The translations under genes were made by a program, and so were the position numbers. A stretch of DNA of 61,370 nucleotides, counting the filler. It is 11 parts of 11 records of this genome, joined end to end, with 100 filler letters (N's around TTAATTAATTAA, not from the genome) between each part and the next. Parts side by side here need not be neighbours in the genome. Positions count along the whole stretch, not along the records: positions 11,923 to 15,632 come from SRR7504441_13136; positions 15,733 to 20,298 come from SRR7504441_13184; positions 20,399 to 23,544 come from SRR7504441_13189; 8 more parts are not named here. The stretch is one strand, 5' to 3'. The first letter of the stretch is position 1. Every line of letters starts with the position of its first letter. The notes below the pieces were generated by a model, which was not told the DNA's origin, did not search any database, and worked only from the letters and a program-made list of their open reading frames with translations. Below, piece after piece: positions 11,923 through 23,495 of the stretch.

Positions 11923-13132
11923 TCGCCACGCCGTTTATGATCCGTTGGCTGCCATCGAGGCCTGTCGATTCAGACCCGGTGCCATTTCACACAGCTGAGC
12001 TCACATCCGCCAACAGGTCGGACAGTCAGGCGACCAGACCGACAATGGACCGCCAGACGCTCCATCCATTCTCATGCTGCTCACCGCCCCCGGGGTGGTG
12101 GTCCTAGTCATTCTGGTCTGCCTCGCCATTGCCAATGTATCCGCCCGCCACCGTTGGTGCTCGCCATTGATTCAAATCCAAACAGGTCGGGTTCTTCGAC
12201 CCAGTTTATGCCGATCATGCTATGCGAGCCCTTGGTGTCTCGACCTCGATTACTGGTTCCGCTGTCCAGCCGACAAAGCCCAGCTTGTGCAGGTGCGCTC
12301 TTTGTGATTCCGCCGTTCGCGTACGGTTTATCCGGAGGGATTGTCGGTGGTGTGGTGGACGAGAACGGTGCAGCTATGCACAGCATTTATAATTATCGCT
12401 TTCGCTCTATGATTGTGCGTCTTGTGAGGGCTTTTACAGGACGTACTTGCGGGCTTCGGATGATGCTGAGCTCGTTGCAAGTCTTGCTCATTGGCTGGTG
12501 TATATTAGGCCCAGCTCCGTTTCTCGATTCAATTTTCGACAGGCAAGTCTTAGGAAGCTGCGTGTATGTTTTTCCTACACTTGCGCTCCTCGCTAACACG
12601 GGGCAGTTTGGCCGGAGCATGGGTCTCGCAAGTCGTTGGCTTGCTGCTGCTTGGTGCTGGTGTTGGGCTGGCCGCCATTCCAGCTTACAGCGAGCTGCTA
12701 TACCAAGCTCGAAAGGCCATGCCCGGTCGGCCTCAGCCAGTCAAGCAGAAAGCCTAACGCGCTTTGGGTGTGTTTGTAGGCGCACAGGATAGTGTAAGGA
12801 GCGACATGGTTTCGGCCGTTTTTAACGCGGCCCAGTCGTTGGGTGAAGCGCTTGGCCCCCTCATAGGAAGTGGCTTGGTCGCATCCATGCCAACCACGTC
12901 AGTTGTCAACTGTTCCGGTGGCGATTGCGACTCAGGGCTGCCTTACGCTTGCTTGATCTTTGGCGTACTGTTGAGCTTATACGCAGTGCCTCTTGGCGTG
13001 TTGTTGTTACCCTCTTTGCACGATGAGGAAGATGCGTCAAGTGCCGGAGAATTCGAGACTACCTGTACATGTAGTAGTTATAGCCCACCAACTGATTTCA
13101 CTGATGCCACGAATAGAGTAGGTTGTTCCTAG
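11923..13132 (+). CDS. MFS transporter (SLC18B1-like), C-terminal part, spliced
   Basis: Hydrophobic exons with LGPAPFL, GVGLAAIPAY and VSAVFNAAQSLGEALGPLIGSGL. Confidence 0.65.
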
Positions 13133-13565
13133 AAAACTCGTGCATTGATCGATTAATCATTTTTGTAATTGTTGGCAGCACACGTGTACACAGGCAACAT
13201 AGGCCTTGTAGTGTCTCGCGAGTACTGTACTGAGTCAGTTATGTAGGTACCGTACTGTAGACCGTAGTATTGGTAGTCCGTAGGTGAAGTGTTAGGTGAA
13301 GTGTGGAGCGCTAGCCAACGGACGATATGCCAACGGCAAGTCGGCAACCCCGACAGTGCTTGTCCCAACAAAGGCGGTGAAGCTGTCGAGGAATGGCGAG
13401 CGCGTGGGCAGTCAGCACAGATATAGCAATGCTAGATTTGCCTGTATACTCGTACCCAATCTGTCATTGGGTTTGTCGAAACCCGTCCATCTCTTGGCAG
13501 CATAAATCATACTTAAATCATACTTGAGATAGTACTCTTGCCACTATATACTTGTTTGCCCTTAA

Positions 13566-15632
13566 CACTTGCCTTGGCCAGGAGGCCCTCCTATAGATAG
13601 GAGGCTCTGTAGGAGGGAGTGGTGCGGAATGAAAAAAATAAATGAAGGTCAAATCCTTCTTGAGCTTGAAAGAGCCGCTATTAAATGGATCATTGGATCA
13701 ATATATGTTTACTTAGATGGTTGTTTGCACGTTACACAACCATAATCTAGATGTTCTATCTTACTTTCGTGATAACGATCGAAGCAGTCGATCCTGCAGA
13801 GGTGCACCTTACAATTTGCGCACCACGTAGTGGGTCTAGGTGCCCGCTTTTTCTCATCTACCGTCTTGCCATCCCGTGTACGACTACCCTTAGCTATAAT
13901 ACCAAAGTTATCAGCCCTACAAACCACACATGCATCTTGAAAAGGCTTATCGTCATCTGTGCTTCCACTGCCAGGTCGGAGGCCGCCAGGTGTACAGTGC
14001 ACTGATATTTTGCAGACTCGAGCAAACCTAACACTCAATTGCTCATCGGCAGTCACGTTACCCGGATTTGCTCGAGTCTGAGGTGCCTCTAGTTCACCCA
14101 ATTTGTTGTTCACCAGTGCTTCGTGTAACTTCCACGCCAAGTCGAGGCGGCCATTTGACTTGCCCAGCTTAGCACAAATGGTTTCCAACCGGCATGTAGT
14201 ATGGTCCAGCAAGGCGAAGAAGGGAGTATGCCACCATTTATGGCTAGTGACAGCTTGCTCGATAGATGCTGTGCCCAAGGCGCGCGAATCAACCGAATCC
14301 ACCCACGCTTTGTGCTTGTTGTAACACTGTCCTGCCTCACTTGATGAGACGGGCACTCGTTTGCCAGATCCATCGATGTCTCGGTCGACTGAGCCGCCTA
14401 GCGGCTTTTGATGGTTAGTAATGTACCCAACCCTGGCTCTATCCTTCCATACAATCACACAGAGTCCAAGCTCCTTTTGATAGACAAAATGGCCTTCTCC
14501 TTGTGTCATATTCTTCTCCGTGTACCTTGTCTTCAACGCTTCCGGGATGTATGATTGGATCGTTGTAGCTGTGTAATTTTGCCCAAGATTGCGAGCAAGC
14601 TGAGCGCCGGAAGTGCTCCCATACCACCGATCCCAGTAGGTGTCGAAGCCTTTGCATGGTAGCGTCTTAAGCATCATTTCTTGGACCATAAGCTTCAGCC
14701 CCGTGCGCTTTATGCGGTCGTACGTCCAAGTAGCCCACAGAAAACCAAAACGGTCAACAATAGCCTGCACGAGAATGTGGAACTTATGGGGCTTGGTCGG
14801 GTTGTAAACTCGGATGGGGCAGTACTTATGCCTCGTAGGAAGGCCCATTTCATCCGTAGTCACACTGCTTGAAGGATTCCACGCGGCTTGAGCCGCCTTG
14901 TTCAACGCATATTGCAACCACTCGAACTGCCACAACCGTCCTTCGCGTGAGCTCATGGGTGGACGGCCTTTGTTACTCCTCAGGTGCAAGTATTGTTTGA
15001 TGGTTTCCCACCGCTTTTGACTCATGTAGGGTGTGAAGTCCGGATAGCGCACGGCGCCGATCACGAGACCGCTCCAGTATAAGGAGTACGGTCCATCGAA
15101 ATTCAGAAATCCCATGTACGGCTCGGGCAGCAGCCACCCCAATTGGCCCGGTATTACGTTTGGCGGCCGGGGTAGCTTCTCCACTGGCACCGGCTGCAGT
15201 CGTTACGTTCTTCGGTTTGTTTTTCGATCCTTTGGGGCGTCCTCGCTTCTTACCCGGTCGCGGGGCGCCCTCATCCGGGTTGGCTGCCAAACCGTATCCC
15301 TTCAGTGAATTGATCCGGGGCTGGTAGGCCAGCTAGGGCTCACCTCGAGGCGCAATAACCGGCCGTGCAACCCGGGCAGTCTGTTTTTTACCGCTCGGGG
15401 TCTCCTCGTCTGCTTCTTCATCCTCATCTGCCTCTACCAAGCCAGTGAGCATAGGTACCAGCCGAGGGGGTTACCTGACTCCTCCGGGCTGTCAGAGTCC
15501 CCCCCGGCATAGGTACACAGCTCGGCCACCGACCGGCCCGACCTGGTGGTCGTAGTAGGCTGAGCTCCCTCCGAAACCGCTTCTGCCCGCGCCGCATCGC
15601 CGGCACCGTCACCTGCCGGCACCAGAAATATT
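13566..15632 (-). mobile_element. piggyBac-superfamily DNA transposon; one end present, other lost at contig end
   Basis: Transposase ORF plus TTAA (13562-13565) followed by CACTTG, about 140 nt past the stop codon. Confidence 0.75.
13709..15632 (-). CDS. piggyBac transposase (DDD core + Cys-rich C-terminal domain), possibly disrupted near 15120-15200
   Basis: YW...MSQKRWETIKQYLHL, TTDE, NPTKPHKF, YWDRWY, WKD, YNKHKAWVDSVD, KWW, CVVC..CANCKVHLC..CF..YH. Upstream acidic and AT-hook exons join via introns 15434-15474 and 15284-15343. Confidence 0.9.
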
Positions 15633-15844
15633 NNNNNNNNNNNNNNNNNNNNNNNNNNNNNNNNNNNNNNNNNNNNTTAATTAATTAANNNNNNNNNNNN
15701 NNNNNNNNNNNNNNNNNNNNNNNNNNNNNNNNCGGAGGGGCTGGATTATTACGAGTGGGCAGTAGATTTGTATGATAAGCATTGCCAATAAAGGATGATA
15801 TATAAATTTAACAAATTGATATGAACGAATTGAGTTTACGGATG

Positions 15845-15873
15845 CCGTGTCGGGTAAATAATATCTGACACGG
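15845..15873. repeat. Imperfect inverted repeat (11-bp arms, 7-bp spacer) overlapping a 20-nt-period direct repeat
   Basis: CCGTGTCGGGT-AAATAAT-ATCTGACACGG (9/11 match); CGGGTAAATnnnATCTGA occurs at 15851 and 15871. Confidence 0.7.
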
Positions 15874-15878
15874 GTAAA

Positions 15879-17489
15879 TCACATCTGATCCTTGCCGTCC
15901 ATTCGAGGCGCAGTGCACCTTTTCCAGGCCCACACAGTCCAGATGGGATCTTTGCCACCGTTGTCAGTGAGCTCCTCGCGAATCACAGAGCCTTGAGAGT
16001 AATAGCCAGCCATATCATCGTAAGTTTTCCAGCGGCCATTGTTCCTCACGTCAAGAGGATTGGCACCACACCGGCCAGCCCATTGGCAAGCTGAGATTCG
16101 AATCGAGTGATTAGTGCAGCCCATACCTTTTGCCTCAGCGCTGGATGCTGGAGTGTAGAGGCCGCAGGCTTTGAACATACGGTCTGTGGCTTTCACCCAC
16201 GAGGATTCAGACATTGGCTTAGCACTGTAACACTTGTTTTTAACATCCCAAGCTGGGAACAAAGGTCCTGAGGTCAACCCCGATTGGTGCAACCACAGGA
16301 GCAACCATGTGACTGGACAAAACTTAGAGTTGAGTTTGTTACGCCAAATCTTAATGCTGTAGCGCTTGGCCGGCTGCAAGTGCTGGGCCTTGCCCTTGTT
16401 GGGCTTCGAGCGCCACTTCCAGTCGTGAAGGCCAATGTCAATGTATTCGGGTATGCCATCGACACACCACTGGTTCGCTGGTGGCAGCTTGATGTTCTCA
16501 ATGTAAGGGCAGAATTGAGTGACATCAGAAGCACGGCCCATGAGGCAAATCTGCACGAGGAACATCGTCCAGACTTGCAGCATTTTCAGGTAGGTCCATC
16601 CATACATACTCCAGCATGCGCCATACAAGCGGACTAAATCCGTGGCCATGTCAAAGGCGGCGGACTGCTCGTGGCCATCCTCCTCTTCGTAATGATGTAT
16701 GAGCCTCCAGACCTCATCGCAATCAACGGGAGAGCTGTAACCCAGCTCCTTACAGGTGGCAGCAACAGCACCCACATAGTTGCGAATAGTACCACCGGAG
16801 TGAGGCGGTACATTTTCAGCCCCAACTCTCAGGGCCTGAACGTACGCTATCACCAGCCCCGGTGTTGGGCACATAAATGTAATCCTGCGGTCTTTGAGCG
16901 CCAGCAACTGATCGGCCGGCAGCGGGTGGTGGCTGTCCATATGGCCAGCTTGACCGAGGTCCCGTAGCCACACCGTCCATGGGTGGTCCGGGTGACTGCA
17001 CCACAGGTCAGCTCAGCGGCCCGGCAGCCCGGCAGGTACTCACAATTGGAGGACGTAGCGCTCGAAAAACGCGAACTTGGCCACCCGCTCGGGGTGAGTC
17101 TTGATCTGGCCGACGCCGCTCTCCGCAATCTGGTCGCGGGCCCGCGCAATCCGTCCATCGGACCGCTCCTCAGCATCGTCGGACCGCCTGAAGCGCACCT
17201 CCCGCTGGTAGCGATGCACCAACGAGTCCGCCTCGTGCGGCCGCCTGTCCGACTCGCAGCGCTCCCACCGGACAGGCGGAGGCGCGTCGCCAGCGGCCGC
17301 TCCGACCACGGCTACGGCAAAGCGGAAGAGCATGAAGCGGGTGCCCCACATGAAGTGCCTCGCCCGCTTCTGCGGAGCTGACCGAGCTGCAGCATCAGCT
17401 TGCGGGCGCCGCTCCGGCGCCGATGCGGGCGGCTGGGGCTTGCGCTTACGCGTGGTCCGGGGCGTCTGGGTCGCCCGTGGTGTCGCCAT
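15879..17489 (-). CDS. Tyrosine recombinase, Crypton-like, with one intron (16996-17043)
   Basis: Catalytic set MGRASD (R), HSIR (HxxR), GRW and GYY (Y); CPV..L and GPLFP motifs; SAM-like TIRNYVGAV. The intron joins ORFs 17040-17516 and 15879-16973 in frame. Confidence 0.9.
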
Positions 17490-17645
17490 CTGGCCGCACT
17501 GTGATCGCTCATTCAAACGTAGCCTGGATTTGTACGGTTGGGCGACAACGGATGGCTCAACTGACTGGATTTTGCTTGGAACAGCACACCGCTACGACTG
17601 TACGCATCTCGGCGGATGCGCGCAGTGTCGGCAGGATTGAGCGGC

Positions 17646-18975
17646 ATGGCTGGCGTGCCACGAGCTGCGACCCGCCGCTCGTTGACAGGGTTGGCGTGCC
17701 ACGAGCTCTTCTTCTGGCACGACACCGGGAGGGCGGCAGGCATGATCCCGCCTGGCCTCACAGTGCAGGCAACGCCAGCCGCTGTCCCGCACTGACTGCG
17801 GGGCAGCCTGATACTCACTTCGAGAACGAGGCCACCAAGCGGCGGATGCTTGGCCTGCTGGAGGTTGCCGGGCTGTTGGAGCGCACCCGGGTGATCCCTA
17901 ACCGGCAGGATCCACCGCTGACCCCGCGCTGCCTTGCAGAAGCTTCCGACTCGGAAGGCGACGCCGGGAGAGATGCTCGCGTTTCATACGCCGGAGTACC
18001 TGCAGCGGCTGGAGGCGGCTAGCAACGAGTCGGGGGGAGACGCCGGCGTGTTCAGCCCTTTTGGACCGGGCGGATTCGAGATCGCGCGGTTGAGTGCAGG
18101 GAGTTGCCTCCTCGCGGCCGAGGCCGTGCTGGATGGGACGGTGGACAACGCCTATGTTCTGAACAGGCCACCAGGGCACCATGCGTGCGCAGACACTGGG
18201 TTGGGGTTCTGCTTGCTTGCAAATGGCGTGCTGACTGCAATGCATGCAAGGGCGCATCTCGGGGTAAGAAGGATTGCTTTTGTCGATTGGGACGTGCACC
18301 ATGGGAATAGCCAACAAGCCGCCTTCTATACTAATCCAGAGGTGCTTACTGTGTCGATCCATCAGGTCAGCAGCATGTCGAGCGACCTGTGCTCACAGTG
18401 CTTGATCAACAGGACAACTGCTTCCCACCAGACAGCGGCCACCTGCACCAGACCGGGGAGCGAGACGGCGTTGGGGCATGTCTGAATATCCCGCTGCCCC
18501 CAGGCTCAGGCCATGGCGCCTATCTCTCGGCCATGGACCGAGTGGTCCTCCCTGCGCTCCGAAGATTCCAACCTGAGATGATTATTGTCTCAAGCGGGTC
18601 CAAATACTAATTAATATTTAGATGGGCGCTGACTCGGATGGCTGATTTGGCAGGTTTGATGGCAGCATCTATGACCCGCTGGGTCGGCAGATGGCGTACA
18701 GTGAAACATTCCGGTCACTAACTCAGTCGCTCAAGACCTGTGCGGAGGATGTTTGTGATGGCAAGCTGCTATGCATTCACGAGGGAGGCTACTCTGCACC
18801 GTATGTCCCTTACTGTGGGCTGGCGGTGATGGAAGAGCTGGTTGGATTCCGATCCGCAGTAGATGATCCGTTTCTGGACATCGCCGCGGGGACGGGGGGA
18901 CAGAATTTGCAGCCTTGGCAAGAGAAGGTGATCGACCAAGCAGCAAACTTGGTGCAGAGTGTACCCACAACCTAG
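17646..18975 (+). CDS. Bacterial-type (HDAH/PA3774-like) Zn-dependent lysine deacetylase, four introns
   Basis: ELFFWHDTG, HFENEATKRR, EIARLSAG, RPPGHHA, DWDVHHGN, HQDNCFP, PPGSGHGAY, HEGGYSAPYVPYCGLAV. Confidence 0.88.
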
Positions 18976-19194
18976 ATTCAAGATAGCCTTCACTCGCGAT
19001 ACGATTCGGTCATTATTCACATTATACCGTCTTGTAACCGTCTTGTACTCTGGCGATTTTTAACTAGCCAAACAATCTTAAACTAACTAACTAACTACCG
19101 TAACTAACTAAGTAAAATTTGGCCCGTCACCAACCGAATCTAATGATCACGCACGGGGCTCTGAGTTCTGGAGGAAGCGCAACAACACATCAAC

Positions 19195-19863
19195 ATGTCG
19201 CTTACCAAGCTCCTCCTGACCGCGCTCGCCCTCATCGCCGCCGCCACCGCCATCCCGACCAGCGCCGAGTGACTGCTGACTGACCGGCTGCCCTGTGTGC
19301 AGTGCCTGGGGGATGGAGCTACTTGCTCAAAGGATTCGGACTGCTGTGAGATTTGGGGGTGAGCCTCCCTTTGCCCCCCTCTGTCAAGCGTGACCCGCTC
19401 GCCCCGCAGGTGCATCGATGGAACATGCGCCGCCCAGGTACACGCTCGGACTTCCTTCTAGGCCTGGGCAGCACCAAAGACTGATCAAGCTGCAGGGTCC
19501 GAGAAACGGCCAGTCTTGCCCGACAGGTCATTGCGCCGACGGCAGGTGGGCCGCCCTCGCATAGAGCTGAGCTCTCGATTGGCATGATCTGGTTTTCTTG
19601 CAGCTGCATTGATGGGACTTGCGTGAGCCAACGCCCTTTGCACCATCGACTGACCGACTGCAGTGTGGAGTCAACGGCCAGACTTGCGACCCCCAAGGCG
19701 ATTCCAGCGATTGCTGCTGCATCCCATACGACATCGGCCCACAACAGAAGGGCTGTTTCCAACTCCAGTAAGTGCGAGGCTGGCGGGCTGACCCCCTTGC
19801 AGGTGCGGACTTGAAGGATATTGCGGCAGTGGTCCACCCACATCGCCACCTACTATCTTTTAG
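19195..19863 (+). CDS. Secreted cysteine-rich, knottin-like peptide precursor, seven small exons
   Basis: Signal peptide MSLTKLLLTALALIAAATA; five clean GT-AG introns give an open 18-Cys frame. The first junction is out of phase by one base. Confidence 0.7.
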
Positions 19864-20398
19864 GGGGTGTAGACAACCTATCAGGAGTGTGTATACAAGG
19901 TACAGTACGCAGTATACGCACTGCACCAGACGGGCAACGACGTTTGTGCCTGCAACTCAAACCTCACGGGCTCCTATTCTACTCCTATTCATGGACGGCA
20001 CGAAGAACAGGCCTTTACACGATCCATTAATTTATAGTTATACTATTTTCGACCTTCAGTCCCTAGAAAATAAACGCTACGAGTATAGCCTGTCCTTTTT
20101 TACTAACTTAGACTCGTGCTCTTAGCAGGCTGTCGTATAGTCCACCTCATCTGCCAAATCGCTACTGCCACGCATCCGCAGCATGCTATTCGGCACGGCT
20201 TTGAACGATTCAGGGTCATCACACCGCGTCTGGTAAAGCTCGGGCACTGGCGTCATTAGCAGGGCAGCCGAGATCATCAGGATCAAGCTTGCCGATATNN
20301 NNNNNNNNNNNNNNNNNNNNNNNNNNNNNNNNNNNNNNNNNNTTAATTAATTAANNNNNNNNNNNNNNNNNNNNNNNNNNNNNNNNNNNNNNNNNNNN

Positions 20399-23300
20399 CT
20401 CTTCACGTTCGTTTGTCTCGACACGAGCTGCCGCTTCCGACAAAGTTTTCAGTGGCAAACACAGCGCAGCCGCTTTCACCTGACCGGCCATGAGCGAAAT
20501 GCAATGCAGGGACGCGTCTTACCAGGTCAAGCTGAGGCAGCGTCTCGAGTCCAAGCAACATCTGTGTGACAGGAGCACCAAGCAAGCTGGTCGTTCTGAT
20601 TTGGCCAAGCACCTGTTCGGGCGGCACAGAGTGACTCCAGTGTGATATTGCCTCAGCCTGGGCGGCAGCTGCCGTGAAGAGAGCAGCACAGTGGCTTACA
20701 AGCAGCTGGGCAAGCTCCTTGTTTGCAGGATTGCGCGCCACGTTTGAGAGCAAGTTAGTCTCGATACAGACCAACAAGCTGAGTGTGGGAGGGGCTCCAG
20801 CAGGCTCTGCGGATGAAAGTTGCTCTGCGGAGGCGGTTGACATTCGTAGCAGCTCGGATAGAACGTGTTCCAAGTGGCTCAGGTCGGTGAAGATCGGGGT
20901 GAACGACTTGACTCCGGAGATCTGGGTTGCCACTGCAGTGCAGATATCTGTCCCCACAGTTGAGCGGCGCAGCTGGCAGGGTCGACCTGGATACTGCTGG
21001 TCCCTCATCAGAAGCAACAGCAGATCAAGCTGCTGGATCAGCTGTGGGTAGAGCGACCGGAAGCCTAGCCCAAAGGCATTCCTGACGGCAGCAGCAACCT
21101 CAGCGCCGTGGCTCCTGCTGCCCAAATCCCGTGCATGCAGCAGCTTGCCAAACGCGCCATTCACCTGAAGCCACATAAGCAGCCAGGCACGAGCAGGATC
21201 ACCATCGAAACAATCCCAGCTCCAGAAGAGTTTTGATCAACAGTGCAGCCCTCCATTGGCATTCCAGTTTTGTCGCTCCAAGCCGCTTGTTGCCCAGTCA
21301 GCTCGAGCAGAGCACACAACATCGGGCCAGTTGCGCTCTGGACGCTTGCACTGCTCGACTCGAGATAAGTCGAGATGTTTTGCTCCAGCATCGATCCGAG
21401 CAGCTGCATTGTGCTCGACTTGAGCTCAACACACAGCGGCACAGAACCTTCACCTGCTGAGGCCTGCCACGAGCAATTAGCCTGGCCCAGTAGGGCTTGG
21501 TACCGGATATCGCGGAGTGACTGTAAACTTGTAGCCCCAGTTCTGATTTGATCCATCGCTGTAAAACCGGATTGCAAAGTGATCTGCTTTGCACACCCAT
21601 GTTTTACCCTCAGGCTGGTCCACCGGCGGATCATCAGACCTGCCCCTGAAACCACTAGAGTATCGACCGTGGAAAATGAAGAACGCTTCATCAAAAATTC
21701 CGCGTTCGGCCTGGCTTAGCTCGGAGTAAACAGACAGGTAGTCGCAATCGGTCTCGGTGTCGCACTGCTTGTCGAACACAACCGTCAGTTCAGTTGCGCC
21801 TGGGAATGATATTTCTTCCCAGTACTTCATGCTTGGACGATACGGGTGCGGTGATTCATACGTCTTGGGAGCCCCGGTGCCCGTGCCGCCCGTGCCAGCC
21901 AGCGCTGCAGGGCTTGCTGCCAGCCGGTTCACATGCTGGAGCAGCCGGAGCCCCAGTTGCTGCCACTCTGGCTCCACCGGCTGGTCGCAGTGCCACTTGT
22001 TCCGGAAAGCAGTCTTGACCCTCGCCAGCACCGACCTTCCGAACTGCGGGGCGTCGGCTCCAAACTGACTCAGTCCACCGTCGGCTACAAACGGCGCGTG
22101 GCCCAAGTTGAACCGGACGCGCAGCCCGCTGGCCGCGTTTGCCATGACAAACAGCTCTTGGTTGGCGCCGACGAGCTCCTCCAGCTTCTTGGGCCAGGAG
22201 GTGACAGGTTCAGTCTGACCGGCTGGCCAAGCAGCGGCCACTTGCAACCGAGAACTGATCAGCACCCCAATCACAACCTGCTCGCCTGGCCGCAGCTCGC
22301 ACCGGTGTACCTCTGGCCACTCGAAGGCCGGGGTGGCCGCAGCCGATCCGAGGCCTATCGTGCACGCGGCGGTCGGCTGATCTGGCTCGTCCGACAGCTC
22401 GCCCGGAGCCTCAACGCTCACCTCGAAGTACTCATCCAGCTCTGAGTCTATGCTGGCGCAGCTCCGCCAGAGCACCGAGGCCAGGTCTGCCGCCGGCTGT
22501 CCGGCCATCTGCCAGCCTGCCGGCGGGGTGTCCTTGTTGGGCGCCGGAGCGTAGTGCACCGAGCAGCTGGCTGGATTGAGGATCCGGCCAAGCTTGTCCA
22601 CCGCGAGCTGCAGCTGGGCCATCACTGGCCGGCTCGCAAACCCCCGGTCGAGCCCGGTGAGCACCTGTGCCACAGAGAGCAGACCGGCTAGGCTCCCACG
22701 GCTCATGCTCAGGGACAGTAGAGCCGGTGCGACCGCAGCACGCTCTGCAGGCGAGCTCGCTGGATCAGCGCACTGGGCAGTGAGAGCGTCAGCCAGCTCG
22801 GCGGCGATGGCAGACAGCTCGTGGTCCGGGCCGAGCTCGGTTGGTTCGATCTCTACAAGCGCCTCGTGCAGGATCGCGTACACCTGGAGCGCTGCCTCCT
22901 TGTTCACCAGCATCATCGAGCGCGCCATGTGCAGCATCACCCGCACACCCGCCTGCGCGCACCGCTGGGTGGCCGTCGGCGGCCCAGTGCGTGGAGCCAG
23001 CGCTTTGGCGTCTGCTTCCGGCTTCTGTGCGGCCCTGGCGTCCTGATTCACGAGTGCCGTGTGGATCCTGCGAAGCACAGTCTGCCGACGGGCGAGCCGC
23101 GCAGCTGGCAGGTCAATCTGCTGCTCCGGGCCAGCTGCGAGCGCCCGGGCCTCGTCGCAGAGCGTCCGGACTACCGCCGAGACGTCCGCGGCGGCTTGCT
23201 CGGCCGCGGCTGATCCCTCGGCGGCCGCGAGCTTGTCCTTGAGCGGTGGAGTCTTGCGCGTGAGTTGATGGAGCAGCGCAGTCAGCTCGGCCGTCCGTGC

Positions 23301-23495
23301 GGCCTCCCGGGCCGGCTCCAGCTGGTCGGCCGGCTGGTCGGGCTGGTCGGGCTGGTCGGGCTGGGCGGGGTTCGGGAGCTCGGCCGCCAGCTTGAACAGG
23401 GCAGATTCGTCGAAAAGAAACCGAGTGATCGACTCGCCGGCCCAACGCCGGTCATCCTCCTCGGTCTTGCTTAGGTCGCTCGGAGCCGCGCCCAT
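20399..23495 (-). CDS. N-terminal part of a giant HECTD4/HERC-like protein (SPRY-like and CUB-like domains), 3' truncated
   Basis: LSMSRGSLAGLL, RFNLGHAPF, YESPHPY...FPGATELTVVFD..CDTE..CDYL...FYSDGS..NWGYKF. Confidence 0.6.

Noticed and set aside
13566..17489. piggyBac plus tyrosine recombinase as one composite element
   Set aside because: They are separated by an artificial spacer (15633-15732), so there is no evidence of physical linkage.
19270..19272. In-frame TGA as selenocysteine or codon reassignment
   Set aside because: The following sequence looks intronic (CTGAC branch motifs, TGCAG acceptor), no SECIS was recognised, and TGA serves as a normal stop in other genes.
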